64,000 nt of DNA from Octopus sinensis (GCF_006345805.1 NC_043000.1:30938001-31002000), one strand, 5' to 3'. Numbered from the stretch's first letter, positions 23,939 to 36,265 are shown. Translations and numbers: made by a program. The notes: generated from the sequence alone by a model not told the origin.

Positions 23939-24592
23939 CTGGGGGGAAAAAAACGGAATGTGTAAACAATAGGTCATCCAAAATGCAATACATCTGTCTA
24001 CAAGACACAAATACACACATGTACCAGAAGAATATAATATCCAATAGGCTTTTGCCCCTCTTTATGTTAAGTTGAATCATTGATGCTGGTATGGGTTGAA
24101 TGATTTGACAGTTTCCAACAGGTTCAAAGACTGCACCAGCTTCAGTCTCTGCTTGGACATAGTTTCTACAGCTGGATGCTCTTTGTAACACCAACTATTT
24201 TAGAGGGTGTACTGGGAACATCTTGTCATGGCACCAGCACTAATGAAGTTACCTTGTAATTTGCAAGACCATGAACACAGAGAGATGCAGTTTTTTGCTA
24301 GATGTGGGATTGAAATATAAGAGAAGGGTCCAGAGGAGAACAGGTAAAGGAGCTACATAGCTACTAATACCTTAAAAGATAGGGTGGGGACAATGGAGTT
24401 GGAGCTGGGAAGAGATAAAAATAGCCATAATGAAGTGTCTGGGTGAACCCATAAGGTGCAAGACATCATGAGTTTTGGTGAAAGCTTTTCAGCTCAGAAT
24501 TGTCAAAGGATGGAATTTGTTTGGTCTGAGAAATTTATAAATAATTTAATATGAAAAACTGAAAACAATTTATAATAAAATTGATGTCATAC

Positions 24593-24648
24593 TTCAACAG
24601 TAGCCAATGTTACCAAATTGTTGCCAACTCCAGGATCAAGACAAGTTG
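24593..24648 (-). CDS. NUDT5: NUDT5 coding exon 6 (56 nt)
   Basis: gtttctccacag|CA ACT TGT CTT GAT CCT GGA...GAA|gtatga; (T)TCLDPGVGNNLVTLATVE. Confidence 0.93.
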
Positions 24649-24969
24649 CTGTGGAGAAACAAGAAAGAGAACCATTTAGTAGTTGCTACATAGATGTAGA
24701 TATAGACATATACATACATATATCAGACACAAATACACACACACACATTCATCATATGACAAGCAATTTTACAAGAATACATTTACCATCAAGTAAACTT
24801 TTGCTTACATACAATAATTATAACTGAACATTTTATTCAATTTTTTGCTGCTTTTGCAGAAATGATAATATGAAGGTGACTTTTTTTAAAAATAACAGAA
24901 ACATCAACTTAAAATAAAATTAAATAAAACAAATTTACAATAAATATATGCTATTCTTTTTAATTTAAA

Positions 24970-25331
24970 AGGCGGTGAGCTGGCAGAATCGTTAGCATGC
25001 CAGGTGAAATGCTTAGCGGTATTTCGTCTGTCGTTACGTTCTGAGTTCAAATTCCGCCAAGGTCGACTTTGCCTTTCATCCTTTCGGGGTCGATGTAATC
25101 GACTTAATACCTATGTCTGTCCTTGTTTGTCCCCTCTATGTTTAGCCCCTTGTGGGTAATAAAGAAATAGGTATTTCGTCTGTCGTTACGTTCTGAGTTC
25201 AAATTCCGCCAAGGTCGACTTTGCCTTTCATCCTTTCGGGGTCGATTAAATAAGTACCAGTTACGCATTGGGGTCGATGTAATCGACTTAATCCATTTGT
25301 CTGTCCTTGTTTGTCCCCTCTTTGTTTAGCC
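24970..25331 (+). mobile_element. tRNA-derived SINE (family B) with internal tandem partial duplication
   Basis: Head aggcggtgagctggcagaatcgttagc; the segment gtatttcgtctgtcgttacg...aaagaaa occurs twice. Confidence 0.88.
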
Positions 25332-25486
25332 CCTTGTGGGCAGTAAAGAAAAATATGTGCTATTCTTGTTAATTCTATCAACAGAATTGCAATGTAGTCC
25401 ATGGAAAATCTCTCTCTACAAAACTCCAACTTCTCCCAACTCTGTCATTTACTCCCTGTTCCCACCCACCCATACTGATATTTACC

Positions 25487-25682
25487 TATTTCTTTATTAC
25501 CTACAAGGGGCTAAACATAGAGGGGACAAACAAGGACAGACAAACGGATTAAGTCGATTACATCGACCCCGAAAGGATGAAAGGCAAAGTCGACCTCGGC
25601 GGAATTTGAACTCAGAACGTAGCAGCAGACAAAATACCGCTAAGCATTTCGCCCGGCGTACTAACGATTCTGCCAGCTCGCC
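25487..25682 (-). mobile_element. tRNA-derived SINE (family B) with 17-bp TSD
   Basis: TSD ccatactgatatttacc on both flanks. Confidence 0.9.
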
Positions 25683-26029
25683 CCATACTGATATTTACCA
25701 TCGGCCACCTCTTCGTTCTTGTTCTATTCATCTTTCCACCCATATCTAACCATCAGTCACCCTCTTATCACACTCTTATAAAACTTGTTCATACAACTTG
25801 CCCTATCTTCAGTCCATATTTTCTCTTATGCTCACCAAACATAAAACTGCCCCACCCCCACCCCCTCTATTACATCATAAAAAAAGCAACCAATACACAT
25901 TGTAAAATGGTTGGCATAAAATCCATTCCAAAGCAGACACTTAAGCTTGGCACAGTCCTTGAACCCACTGGACCCGTCGATCCATCTAACCTATGCCAGC
26001 ATGGAAATTGGATGTTACATCAAAAATCA

Positions 26030-26660
26030 AAAATCAAAAATCAAAATCAAATTCGATGACTGGCTTCCGTGCTAGCGAGGTGCAAAGAGCACCATACGAG
26101 TGTGATCATTGACAGAGCGGCTAACCGGCTTTCGTGCCGGTGGCACTTAAAAGGCGCCATTCGAGTGTGATCGTTACTGGCACTCGAGCCCCGTGCTAGT
26201 AGGGTATTAAGAGCACCATCCGAGCGTGATCGTTGCCAGAGTGGCTATCTGGCCTCCGTGCTGGTGGCACGGAAAAGACACCATTCGAGCGTAATCGTTA
26301 CCAGTGGCATGCATAAAAGATTCGAGCGAGGTCATTGCCATTGCCGCCACGGAGGCCAGATAGCCGCTCTGGCAACGATCACGCTCGGATGGTGCTCTTA
26401 ATACCCTACTAGCACGGGGCTTGAGTGCCAGTAATGCGACGCTGGTAACGATCACACTCGAATGGTGCCTTTTAAGTGCCACCACACGTAAAAGCCCCCA
26501 CTACATTCTCGGAGTGGTTGGCGTTAGGAAGGGCATCCAGCTGTAGAAACTCTACCAGATCAAGATTGAAGCCTGGTGCAGCCATCTGATTCGCCAGCCC
26601 TCAGTCAAAATCGTCCAACCCATGCTAGCATGGAAAGCGGACGTTAAACGATGATGATGA
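26030..26660 (+). mobile_element. RTE 3' UTR-derived repeat with internal inversion
   Basis: (caaaaat)n leader, modules, an inverted block at about 26348-26483, then the normal terminus and (GAT)n tail. Confidence 0.85.
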
Positions 26661-26714
26661 CATGAAGAGAGAGAGAGAGAGAGAGAGAGAGATGAAATCC
26701 TAATGAAACCTTAC

Positions 26715-26810
26715 TTGGTGAAACATGTTTCACAATGCCCACATAACCAGTCTCTTCTTTCAGTTCGCGACAGGCAGATACTTCAGCTGTTTCATTCACA
26801 TCGATCATCC
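26715..26810 (-). CDS. NUDT5: NUDT5 coding exon 5 (96 nt), Nudix box
   Basis: ttattttcag|GG ATG ATC GAT...CCA A|gtaagg; (G)MIDVNETAEVSACRELKEETGYVGIVKHVSP fits GX5EX7REUXEEXGU. Confidence 0.97.
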
Positions 26811-26981
26811 CTGAAAATAAATAAAATGTCACATTAGCAATTAATTTTACTCATTGTTTGTTAGCTTCCTGTTTCTAGGAAGGTAATATTTCCTCATGGT
26901 TGGACACATTTTTATGGCAGATTGGAAATAAGGACATTGCTTGCATGATGGTTGTTTATAACCATCATATGATGCCAAGAC

Positions 26982-27036
<55 letters not shown>

Positions 27037-27904
27037 TTTACATACATAAGGGGTTTCTTTCAGTTTCCACCCACTGGATCCACTCACAAGGCTTTGATCA
27101 ACCTAGGGCTGCTGTGGAAGACTCTTGCCCAAGGTGCCACACAGTGGGATTGAACCTGAAACCATACGGTTGGGAAACACTTCTTAATCACACAGCTGAA
27201 CCATCCTAGCAGTGTGACCTGATGATTGTGAGTAGCCGAGGACAGAAGTACAAACCACAGCCATCACTATAGCACCAACATCCCATCAAATACAGAATGC
27301 ATGGTCAAGGTAGAACAGAGAATATTGGACAATATCAGTGATGGACAGTCCCACGGATAAGTTATCTGGAAAGCTGCTGTACCATGGCCTCATATGTTGT
27401 GCTCTCCTTGAAATTAAAATTTTTTTAAATCTCTTCAATAAATTGTAAATATAGTTAAAATACAAAATAAATATTAAAATTGAGAATACTTGTTTCTGCT
27501 ATAACTTTACCATTATCAGAGAATTTCCATCAGAGGGATCATATAACCAGCAGACAGAGGAATACTTGTTTAGGGTAAGTTTACCCTAAGATCCAAGGAC
27601 AAAACTGAATGAGAGCGAAACATGTTCTGAATTATCATTGTCTTCTTTCCAGCTCCTCTCACCCATTCTTATAAAATGCAGGTTAACCATGTGACTCCTC
27701 TATAACAAGACACTTGTGCTTGCCAATATATCATACTTTATTTAAGGATAGACTAATATATTTCAAGTAGGGAGGCACAACATTTTAATCTATTAAAATT
27801 TTATGTTTAATCAGGATAGAAAAAAACAATTGTTATCTTTGACATAATTCTGATAATGATAAGTAAGTAAGACAATTCATAAATCTAAATTAATTAAAAA
27901 CAGA

Positions 27905-28490
27905 ATCATCATCATCATCATCGTTTAATGTTCGCTTTCCATGCTAGCATGGGTTGGATGTATGACTGAGGGCTGGTGAACCAGATGGCTGCACCAGGCT
28001 TCAATCTTGATCTACAGCTCGATGCCCTTCCTAATGCCAACCACTCCGAGAGTGTAGTGGGTGTTTTTACGTGCCACTGGCATGGGGCTAGTCAGGCGGT
28101 ACTGGCAACGACCTCGCTCGAATCTTTTAAACATGCCACCAGCACGGGTGCCAGTAAGGCGATGCTGGTAACGATCACTCTCGAATGGTGTTTTTTACGT
28201 GCCACTGGCACAGAGGCCAGATTGCCGCTCTGGCAATGATCACGCTCGGATGGTGCTCTTAATACCCTACTAGCGCAGGGTTCGAGTGCCAGTAGTGCGA
28301 CGCTGGTAACGATCACGCTCGAATCTTTTACACATGCCACCGGCACAGGTGCCAGTAAGGCGAGGCTGGTAACGATCACACTCGAATGGTGTTTTTTACG
28401 TGCCACTGGCACGGAAGCCGGTTAGCCGCTCTGTCAACGATCACGCTTGTATGGTGCTCTTTGCACCCCTCTAGCACGGACGCCAAAATA
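27905..28490 (-). mobile_element. RTE 3' UTR-derived repeat (seven modules)
   Basis: Reverse-complement tail and seven recognisable modules; same subfamily as 26030-26660. Confidence 0.88.
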
Positions 28491-28633
28491 TGGTGAGAGG
28501 AAGGGAAGTAGACTAGTACTGTCTGGGTTACTGGGTTCCTGTTCAGTCTGGATTACTGGGCTATTGCATGTTTATTTTTGAGGAAAATATAAATATTAAT
28601 GGAAGGAAAAAAGAAAAAAAAAGTGTCACTTAC

Positions 28634-28741
28634 CAGCAGGAAACTCAATGGTACAGGTTCTAAGTGGAGGCCGATACTGTTTCACTAAGAGAATGCTGTC
28701 AAACTTTAGTGTTCGCTTGAGAACAGCAATCACACAAACAG
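28634..28741 (-). CDS. NUDT5: NUDT5 coding exon 4 (108 nt)
   Basis: catcatcttcag|CT GTT...GCT G|gtaagt; (A)VCVIAVLKRTLKFDSILLVKQYRPPLRTCTIEFPA. Confidence 0.96.
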
Positions 28742-28749
28742 CTGAAGAT

Positions 28750-28915
28750 GATGTAGAGAGGTTTGAGGGTATTAACATATGATGGTATTAAAATATTAAA
28801 ATTATGGTATTAAAATATGGTATTAAAATATTAAAATGATGGTATTAAAATATTAAAAATTAAAATATGATGGTATTAAAAGATGATGTAGAGAGATTTG
28901 ATGGTATTAAAATAT
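28750..28915. repeat. Minisatellite (ATGATGGTATTAAAATATTAAA-like units) next to the NUDT5 exon 4 acceptor
   Basis: About seven ggtattaa-containing units; aagatgatgtagagag occurs twice. Confidence 0.8.
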
Positions 28916-28963
28916 CATGTAACACAAGTGAATGCTAGATAAGTGAAGATATTTGGTTTAACT

Positions 28964-29188
28964 TATTTCTTTACTGCCCACAAGGGGCTAATCACAGAGG
29001 GGACAAAGAAGGACAGACAAAGGGATTAAGTCGATTATATCGACCCCAGTGCGTAACTGGTACTCATTTAATCGACCACGAAAGGATGAAAGGCAAAGTC
29101 GACCTCGGCGGAATTTGAGCTCAGAACGTAACGGCAGACGAAATACGGCTACGCATTTCGCCCGGCGTGCTAACGATTCTGCCAGCTC
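28964..29188 (-). mobile_element. tRNA-derived SINE (family B)
   Basis: Near full-length match to the other family B copies. Confidence 0.9.
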
Positions 29189-29789
29189 CTAACCTCACAA
29201 ACAAAGAAGTTATGTACACAGCACTTGATCCTTAAGAACTATAGTGAATTTGAGATATTCTATTTAGGTTGTAACAGATAACACAAAGAAGAGAGGGCCA
29301 GTTTAACATCTATATCAGAAACAAAGGGGATGCTGGTGATAGGAAGGGAATCCAACATCTCATTTAACTTACAAAATAATGAAAAAGTAAACAATAAAAT
29401 GACGAAAATTTGTGAGGAAATTTTGGGTTGGGACAGAGTTATGAGGGATGGCAGTTTATGTAGAAGAACAAGAAAAAGTGTTTAATAAGAACTTAGTGTA
29501 GGGGTGAGGTGACACTGTAGAAATCACAGATGGGTGAAAGGCAGAAGCATTAGGTGGTTTTTGATATGGATTAGACAAAACTTGGGGTAGCAGGCATTGC
29601 TAAAAATATAAGCTTGTGGTGACAGTGTATTTGGCAATGGATGGTCACTTTCTGAAGGTAATTTAAAATATGAGAGGAGCAAAACAAAAGGTATTTATAT
29701 GAAGGAGTCTCCTTTTGGTAGAAGATTACAAGCAGAGAGACAGACAGACAAACAGAGAGAGAAATTACTCATTAAGTAATTTCAGGCTT

Positions 29790-30040
29790 GCGAAGATCTG
29801 TTAAGGCAAGTGAAATCGAAATTGATCAAAAATCAATGGAAATTGTAGTTGTGATACCACTGCCGGTGGCATGTAAAAGAACCATCCGAATGTGGCCGTT
29901 GCCAGCACCGCCTCGACTGGCCTCCGTGGCGGTGGCACGTAAAAAGCATCAACCAATAATGGCCGTTGCCAACCTTGCCTGGCACCTGTGCCGGTGGTAC
30001 GTAAAAAGCACCCACTACACTCACGGAGTGATTGGCGTTT
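29790..30040 (+). mobile_element. RTE 3' UTR-derived repeat, 3'-interrupted
   Basis: Leader and three modules, breaking off at attggcgtt before the normal terminus. Confidence 0.75.
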
Positions 30041-30784
30041 CCTTATGGGGTTTTCCATTTAATCAGGATTTTAAAAATCAATAAACCAATTCCTTAAAGC
30101 ATTTCCCAATAAAATTGGCTACACCCCATTTTCAAACATAACTTTTATCAATTTTGATGTATTTTGTTCAAACTTGATGTCAGCATTACTTAAGACTCAT
30201 GGGATCTTTGACTGCTTTAAGTTCTCGAAAAACGAAAAAAAAAAATCGATGAGTGGAAAAAAACTCGATAAACCGATTCTTTATGGGATTTCCCAATCAA
30301 GTTGTCTGCAACTCATTTTCAGCCAAAAGTTTACGAATTTCAACGGATTTTGCTCAAATTTGACATCGATGTTAATTAGTTTGGTTCGAAATAAAGAACT
30401 TGATTAGCTTAATAATCCTAAAAAGAGATATGGTGGTGGTGTTGGTGAATGGTGGTGGTGAGATAATTCAAAGGTAACCATGGGATACGTACACTTGGAG
30501 CATTCAAGTCTGAACGAGTAATTTTCCTATAGAGACTGGGTCGCTCAATTTTAAGGTTTCAAAAATGATCTAAGGGTAAGCTTAAATAAGCAATGAGGGT
30601 ATCAGAAGAATTGCCCAAGAAACTGCCACCAATCTGGAGCTCAGGAAAGAATGTGATTAATTGTAGGAATGAAATACAGTGACTACTGATAGACTGTAAC
30701 AAAATGTAACTAATCACAGATGCAACCTGAGATACATTGAACTACAATGTGACAAATGATAGGCTGAAACAAAAATGACTAACC

Positions 30785-31195
30785 ATCATCATCATCATCA
30801 TCATCGTTTAACGTCCGCTTTCAATGCTAGCATGGGTTGGACGATTTTGACTGAGGGCTGGCAAACCAGATGGCTGCACCAGGCTCCAATCTTCACTTGG
30901 CAGAGTTTCTACAGTTGGATGCCCTTCCTAACACAAACCACTCCGAGAGTGTAGTGGGTGCTTTTAACGTGCCACCAGCATGGGGGCCAGTCAGGGGGTA
31001 CTGGCAACGACCTCGCTCAAATCTTTTTACACATGCCACCAGCACAGGTGCCAGTAAGGCGACGTTGGTAACAATCACACTCGAATGGTGCACTTTTACG
31101 TGCCACCGGCACGGAAGCCAGTTGGCTGCTCTGGCAACAATCATGCTCGGATGGTGCTCTTGACACCCTACTAGCACGGGCACAAGTGCCAGTAA
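30785..31195 (-). mobile_element. RTE 3' UTR-derived repeat
   Basis: Family tail and modules on the minus strand. Confidence 0.85.
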
Positions 31196-31252
31196 ATAAG
31201 CTAAATCTATCTCAAAAGAAAAAGACATGCTTAAGGATAAAAATCAACTGAC

Positions 31253-31302
31253 CTCGTTCCGAAGTTTTGTCATTGACAACTCGACTTACTGTTTCCCATG
31301 TT
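31253..31302 (-). CDS. NUDT5: NUDT5 coding exon 3 (50 nt)
   Basis: ttctctactag|A ACA TGG GAA ACA...CGA G|gtcagt; (R)TWETVSRVVNDKTSER. Confidence 0.9.
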
Positions 31303-31954
31303 CTAGTAGAGAAAAAAATAAAATTGTCAATTTATGTAAAAATCAGTTTACAATGAAAATAAGCACCACAGGTAGGGGTGTGTGGTGGTGAAACACATCT
31401 GCTATTATAGCCCCAAGCAGACCAGGAAGATGTGATATCCAATGAATGGTATGGCAGCGTTATAGTCAACTGTTACAAGTGTAAAGGAGAAAGATGTAAT
31501 TACAGAGGAGGTCTTGTACATTACGGAAAGGATTATAAATCAATTAATTAGGAAAAGAGCCTAGATAAAATGCAGTTTTATTTTATCAACCTAAAAGAAA
31601 TGAAAGGAAAAGTTGACCTCAGTGAGATTTCATCTTAGGACGTAGAGAACTGAAAAAAAGAAATAGCACAAAGCATTTTTACTGATGCTGTAACAATTCT
31701 GCCAATCATCATCATCATCATTTAATGTCCACTTGTGCATGTCTTGCACAAGTGAAATGGAATTTGTTGTGGATGATTTTCTAGGGTTGGGTTCCCTTCC
31801 TGTCACCAACATACACGTTCCCATGCAAGGTTATATTTCTCTGTGGTTAGAATTGTTTTTTCATGGGAGATTGGAAAGAAACGATGCTTATTACTGATCG
31901 TCATGCAATCTCCAGATATGGACATGCACACACATACACTCATACATCATCATC

Positions 31955-32322
31955 AAGACCTGTTGAAGCAAGTGAAATCGAAATTGATAAAAAATCAATG
32001 GAAATTGTAGTTGTGATACCAGTGCCGATGGCATGTAAAAGAGCTATCCAAACGTGGCCGTTGCCAGCGCCGCCTCGACAGGCCTCCATGCCGGTGGCAC
32101 GTAAAAACCACCAACCGATTGTGGCCGCTGCCAGCCTCCCCTGGCACCTGCGCCGGTGGCACGTAAAAAGCACCCACTACACTCACAGAGTGGTTGGCGT
32201 TAGGAAGGGCATCCAGCTGTAGAAACACTGCCAGATCAAACTGAGCCTGGTGCAGCCTCCTATCTTTCCAGACCCCGGTTGAACCGTCCAACCCATGCTA
32301 GCATGGAAAGCGGACGTTAAAC

Positions 32323-32350
<28 letters not shown>
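31955..32350 (+). mobile_element. RTE 3' UTR-derived repeat
   Basis: Leader gacctgttgaagcaagtgaaatcg, three modules, (GAT)n tail. Confidence 0.88.
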
Positions 32351-32353
<3 letters not shown>

Positions 32354-33739
32354 CTGTGCTAGCACAGGTTAAATGGTTTGACAGAATCCAACTAGTTAGA
32401 GGGCTGAGTTGATTTCCAATGTCTGCTTTAGCAAGGTTTTTGATGTTAGATGTCCTTCCTAATTCCAACCATTTTGTAGAGTGTACTGGATGCTTTTCAT
32501 GTGGTACCAGCAGCAGAGATCACCAAGTAACTCGCAAAACAAGATCCTCTCAAATGAGTGAGGGAGCAGTATTGAGGGTGTTTTTTTATCATGTGTTGAG
32601 AGGCTAATGTAGGAAACGACAGGAGATGCATGGTTACTTCAGCAGAAAAGGGGAACGGATAGTGAAGATGGGTGTTAAGGTTTATCCTCGAGGTACAAAG
32701 ATGGTAAATATAAGAGAGAATAGGGACAGCGGACCGAGAGTGGCTTGATCGGTCGTTAAGTTGAGCAGTGTGAGGGTGACAGACAGTAGAAATGAAGTCA
32801 GAGGTGAATGTAGTGAATGATGAACATGAAAGGAGGTATGGACAGTGATGCACCTCAGTTTGTAGGGAAAGTGAAGGAAAATAGGAAGTGATAGGAGATA
32901 ATACGTAAAGGCGAACTGAAGAACAACAGTATAATGGAATAGGAAGATGAAGGGGAAGTGTGGTGGGGATAGAAGTAACAGTGCAAAAAAAAAAACAGAA
33001 AAAAAACCCCAGAGATTAGAGGCATTCAGGATGGATGTGGTGGGTTACAATAAAAAGTGTGGGTAGGATTTTGATAGGGGACATGAGAGTGTTTGAGGGA
33101 AAGGGGTGTTCAATGGATGATGATGATGTGAGTGCAAAGTGGGTGAGAAAAGAAGTGGTCCTAAGAAGAGGCTCTTTACACTGTCGTTAGTTCTGTTTTA
33201 ATAAACAGTTTCAGATCAAATCATTAGCTAGACAGATACAACTCCGAAATGTGTTTATTTCATTCTAGATTATTCAAAATATATAAAAAAAAATTTGGAG
33301 AGTTTGACTCAAATCTTGTTCATGACGGGTAATATTTGCTACCACAGCCAGCCATAAAATACAATTGTCAGCTAGTCAAACAGAGTTACGTCCCTTGTTT
33401 AATTCTTTCAATCCTAGCCTGTCTCAGACAGTTCGTTGCTCTATGATAGTAATAAATAGATGTTTATTGGAGGTGTTAAATTTGAAAGATTCACACAAAT
33501 ACAGAGAAACAAGAAGAGAGATGAGAAAGGAAAAGAAAAGGAAAAAAGGAAGGTGGGGAGGGTAAAAAAGTAGAAAATAGAGGGGAGGGGGCAATGGGCC
33601 ACGTATCCCAGAACAAGTAGGGTGCTCAGTCATGTCCTCCCCCTGGTAATGACCATGATGGTGTTGCAACAGAGAATGACCAGTGACACTTGCTGCAGTA
33701 GCTGCTCCATCTCACAGGGTTCAATTCTCAGGCAGGCCA

Positions 33740-34942
33740 CTGTTATCCCAATTTTGCAGAGGAAATCTCTGAGAGTATTAGATTAGGATGGGCAAAGTTC
33801 AGAGAACTCCTACCTTTGTTGGTAACAAAGGGCCGTTCACTCAGAGTGGCAGCAGACTGTATGATGCCTGTGCATGAACAGCCATGCTACATGGCAGTGA
33901 AACATGGGCTCTGACAACTGAGGGCACGTGTGGTCTTGTAAGAAATGAAGCAAGAATACTCCACCAAATGTATAATGTCAGTGTGCATGCACGACAGTGT
34001 AAGTGTCCTGAGAGAAACGTTGGACATACGAAGCATCGGATGTGGTGTGCAACTGAGACAACTGCGTTGGTATGGTCATGTGAGTGTATGGATGAAGACA
34101 ACTGTGCAAAGAAGTGCCACGCCCTAACAGTGGAGGGAACCTGTGGAAGAGGTAGACCCAAGAAAACATGGGATGAGGTGGTGAAGCATGACCTTCGAAT
34201 GTTGGGCCTCACAGAGGCAGTGACAAATGTCTGAGGCCTTTGGAGATATGCCATGCATGAGAAGACTCGGCAAGCCCAAATGAGATCAGAGTCGCGGCTG
34301 ATCCCAGTGTCATTTAACTGGCCCTTAAAAGCACCCTTTAATTGTTGGGTAATATGCTGCATTTGTGATAACCTGTTGAACCGAGTGAAATCATAGTCGT
34401 GGACGATACCAGTGGTCTGACTGGCACCATTCGTGTGTTGGTCCTCATGGGAGCAGTGACATCAAGCCGAGTAAGATTGTAGTTATAGCCGATGCCAGTG
34501 TCGCGTTGAAAGTACCCTGTTGAAGGTACCCTTCAATCATTGGGTGATACACTGTTCTTGTGAAGACCTGCTGTACCAAATAAAATCATAGTTGTTGCTA
34601 ATGCCAGTGCCGTTTGACTGGTACCCATGCCAGTGGATGTAAAAAGCACCATTCAAGAGCTGGGCCCCATGGAAGCAGTGACAGGTGACCAAGACCTTTG
34701 GCGATATACCATGCTTGTGTAGGCCTGTCAAGCCATGTCTGACTGTAATTGTAGCCAATGCTGGTGTCAGGTCAAAGGCACCCATGCTGGTGGAATGTAA
34801 AAAGCACCCACTACACTCTCGGAGTGGTTGGCGTTAGGAAGGGCATCCAGCCGTAGAAACCTTGCCAAGTCAGATTGGACCCTGGTGAAGCTTCCCAGCT
34901 TTCAATCAAACCGTCCAACCCATGCTAGCATGGAAAGTGGAT
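33740..34942 (+). mobile_element. RTE LINE 3' fragment: ORF2 C-terminus plus long 3' UTR
   Basis: LHGSETWALT...TVEGTCGRGRPKKTWDEVVKHDLRMLGL, continuing into the family terminus and (GAT)n. Confidence 0.9.
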
Positions 34943-34989
34943 GTTAAACGATGATGATGATGTCTGTATGTGTGTGCGTGTGTGTGTAT

Positions 34990-35265
34990 CATCATCCTCA
35001 TCATTTAACGTCCGTTTTCCATGCTAGCATGGGTTGGACGGTTCGACCGGGGTCTGGGAAGCCAGGAGGCTGCACCAGGCTCCAGTCTGATCTGGCAGTG
35101 TTTCTACAGCTGGATGCCCTTCCTAATGCCAACCACTCCGTGAGTGTAGTGGGTGCTTTTTACGTGCCACCGGCACGGGGGCCAGAGGAGACTAGCAAAC
35201 AGCCACAATCGGTTGGTGCTTTTATGTGTCACCGACACGGACGCTAGTCAGGGCGGCGCTGCCCT
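34990..35265 (-). mobile_element. RTE 3' UTR-derived repeat, tail-to-tail with 33740-34942
   Basis: Reverse-complement terminus beginning about 45 bp after the previous tail. Confidence 0.85.
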
Positions 35266-35834
35266 AACCACTGGGCCTTCCATAGTTGTACGATTTTCTT
35301 TTTCGTAAAATTCGCACAAAACCCTTTTGTGAGTTTGTTAATTCCTAGTCACCACTGTTTTATCCTCACTGCCACTGTTGTAATCCTTAGATTGTCATAA
35401 TGCCCACTTCAGTACGGCAGTATAATTGTTAGGCCTGTAAAGACACGACTATCTAATCTATGACCGTCTACCTCATACTCTCTCTTGACACTGACTGACA
35501 TCACTTTATTATAGTGACTAGCACATACCATTCGTCACATGGGAAGGATGTATCATTATTGTTACTATCCCCATAACAGTTGGATATTTAAATAAACATT
35601 AAACTGTGATTGTCATCACAATAAGGTCCCTGAAAATAAATAGTATTGCATCTTTGCTTATTCTACTAAAGTACATCTTTGGATGGAAAGGGTCACTGAA
35701 GAGGTCTCAGGTGGGTGACAAAAGATTTCCAGACAATGGACATAGGATAAAATAAGAACAGTAATTGAAGAGTGGAGAATGAATATATAGTGTGTGTGTT
35801 TATTTGGCAGACATAAAAAGATGTTTATACTGAA

Positions 35835-36180
35835 ACTAGCACTATGACCCGGCAATGTATGCATATACAGCTGTGTGCATGCGCATATACACGCAAATAC
35901 TGTCCAAATCTCTGACCAATCACATACAGCTAGCTGGCATTCAATTGGCGTATCAAGTTTCGGGCATTTTGATTGGGTTTTGGATAGAAAATTCACAAAA
36001 AAGTCACTTCTATTGATTTTTTAATGGCTTTGTGGGGTGACTGGGGAAATGTAAAGATGTGCATGACCACCCTTGGACGGTTTTCAATGACCATAGAAAG
36101 TGCGAGCCCTCTAACTGAAAAATTGTGGATTTGTATAAAGGACACGCACACAGACATTTTGCCGTTTATATATAGAGAGA
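35835..36180 (+). mobile_element. Helentron/HINE-like element (second copy)
   Basis: Same actagcactatgacccggc 5' end and ...ttttgccgtttatatatag 3' end as 1783-2255. Confidence 0.6.
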
Positions 36181-36265
36181 TATAACATATTTTCTTGTTT
36201 GTGAAATTCATTAGTAAGTATTGCCATCTCAACGAGTCGATAAAAGATATCTAAAAGATGCAAAC

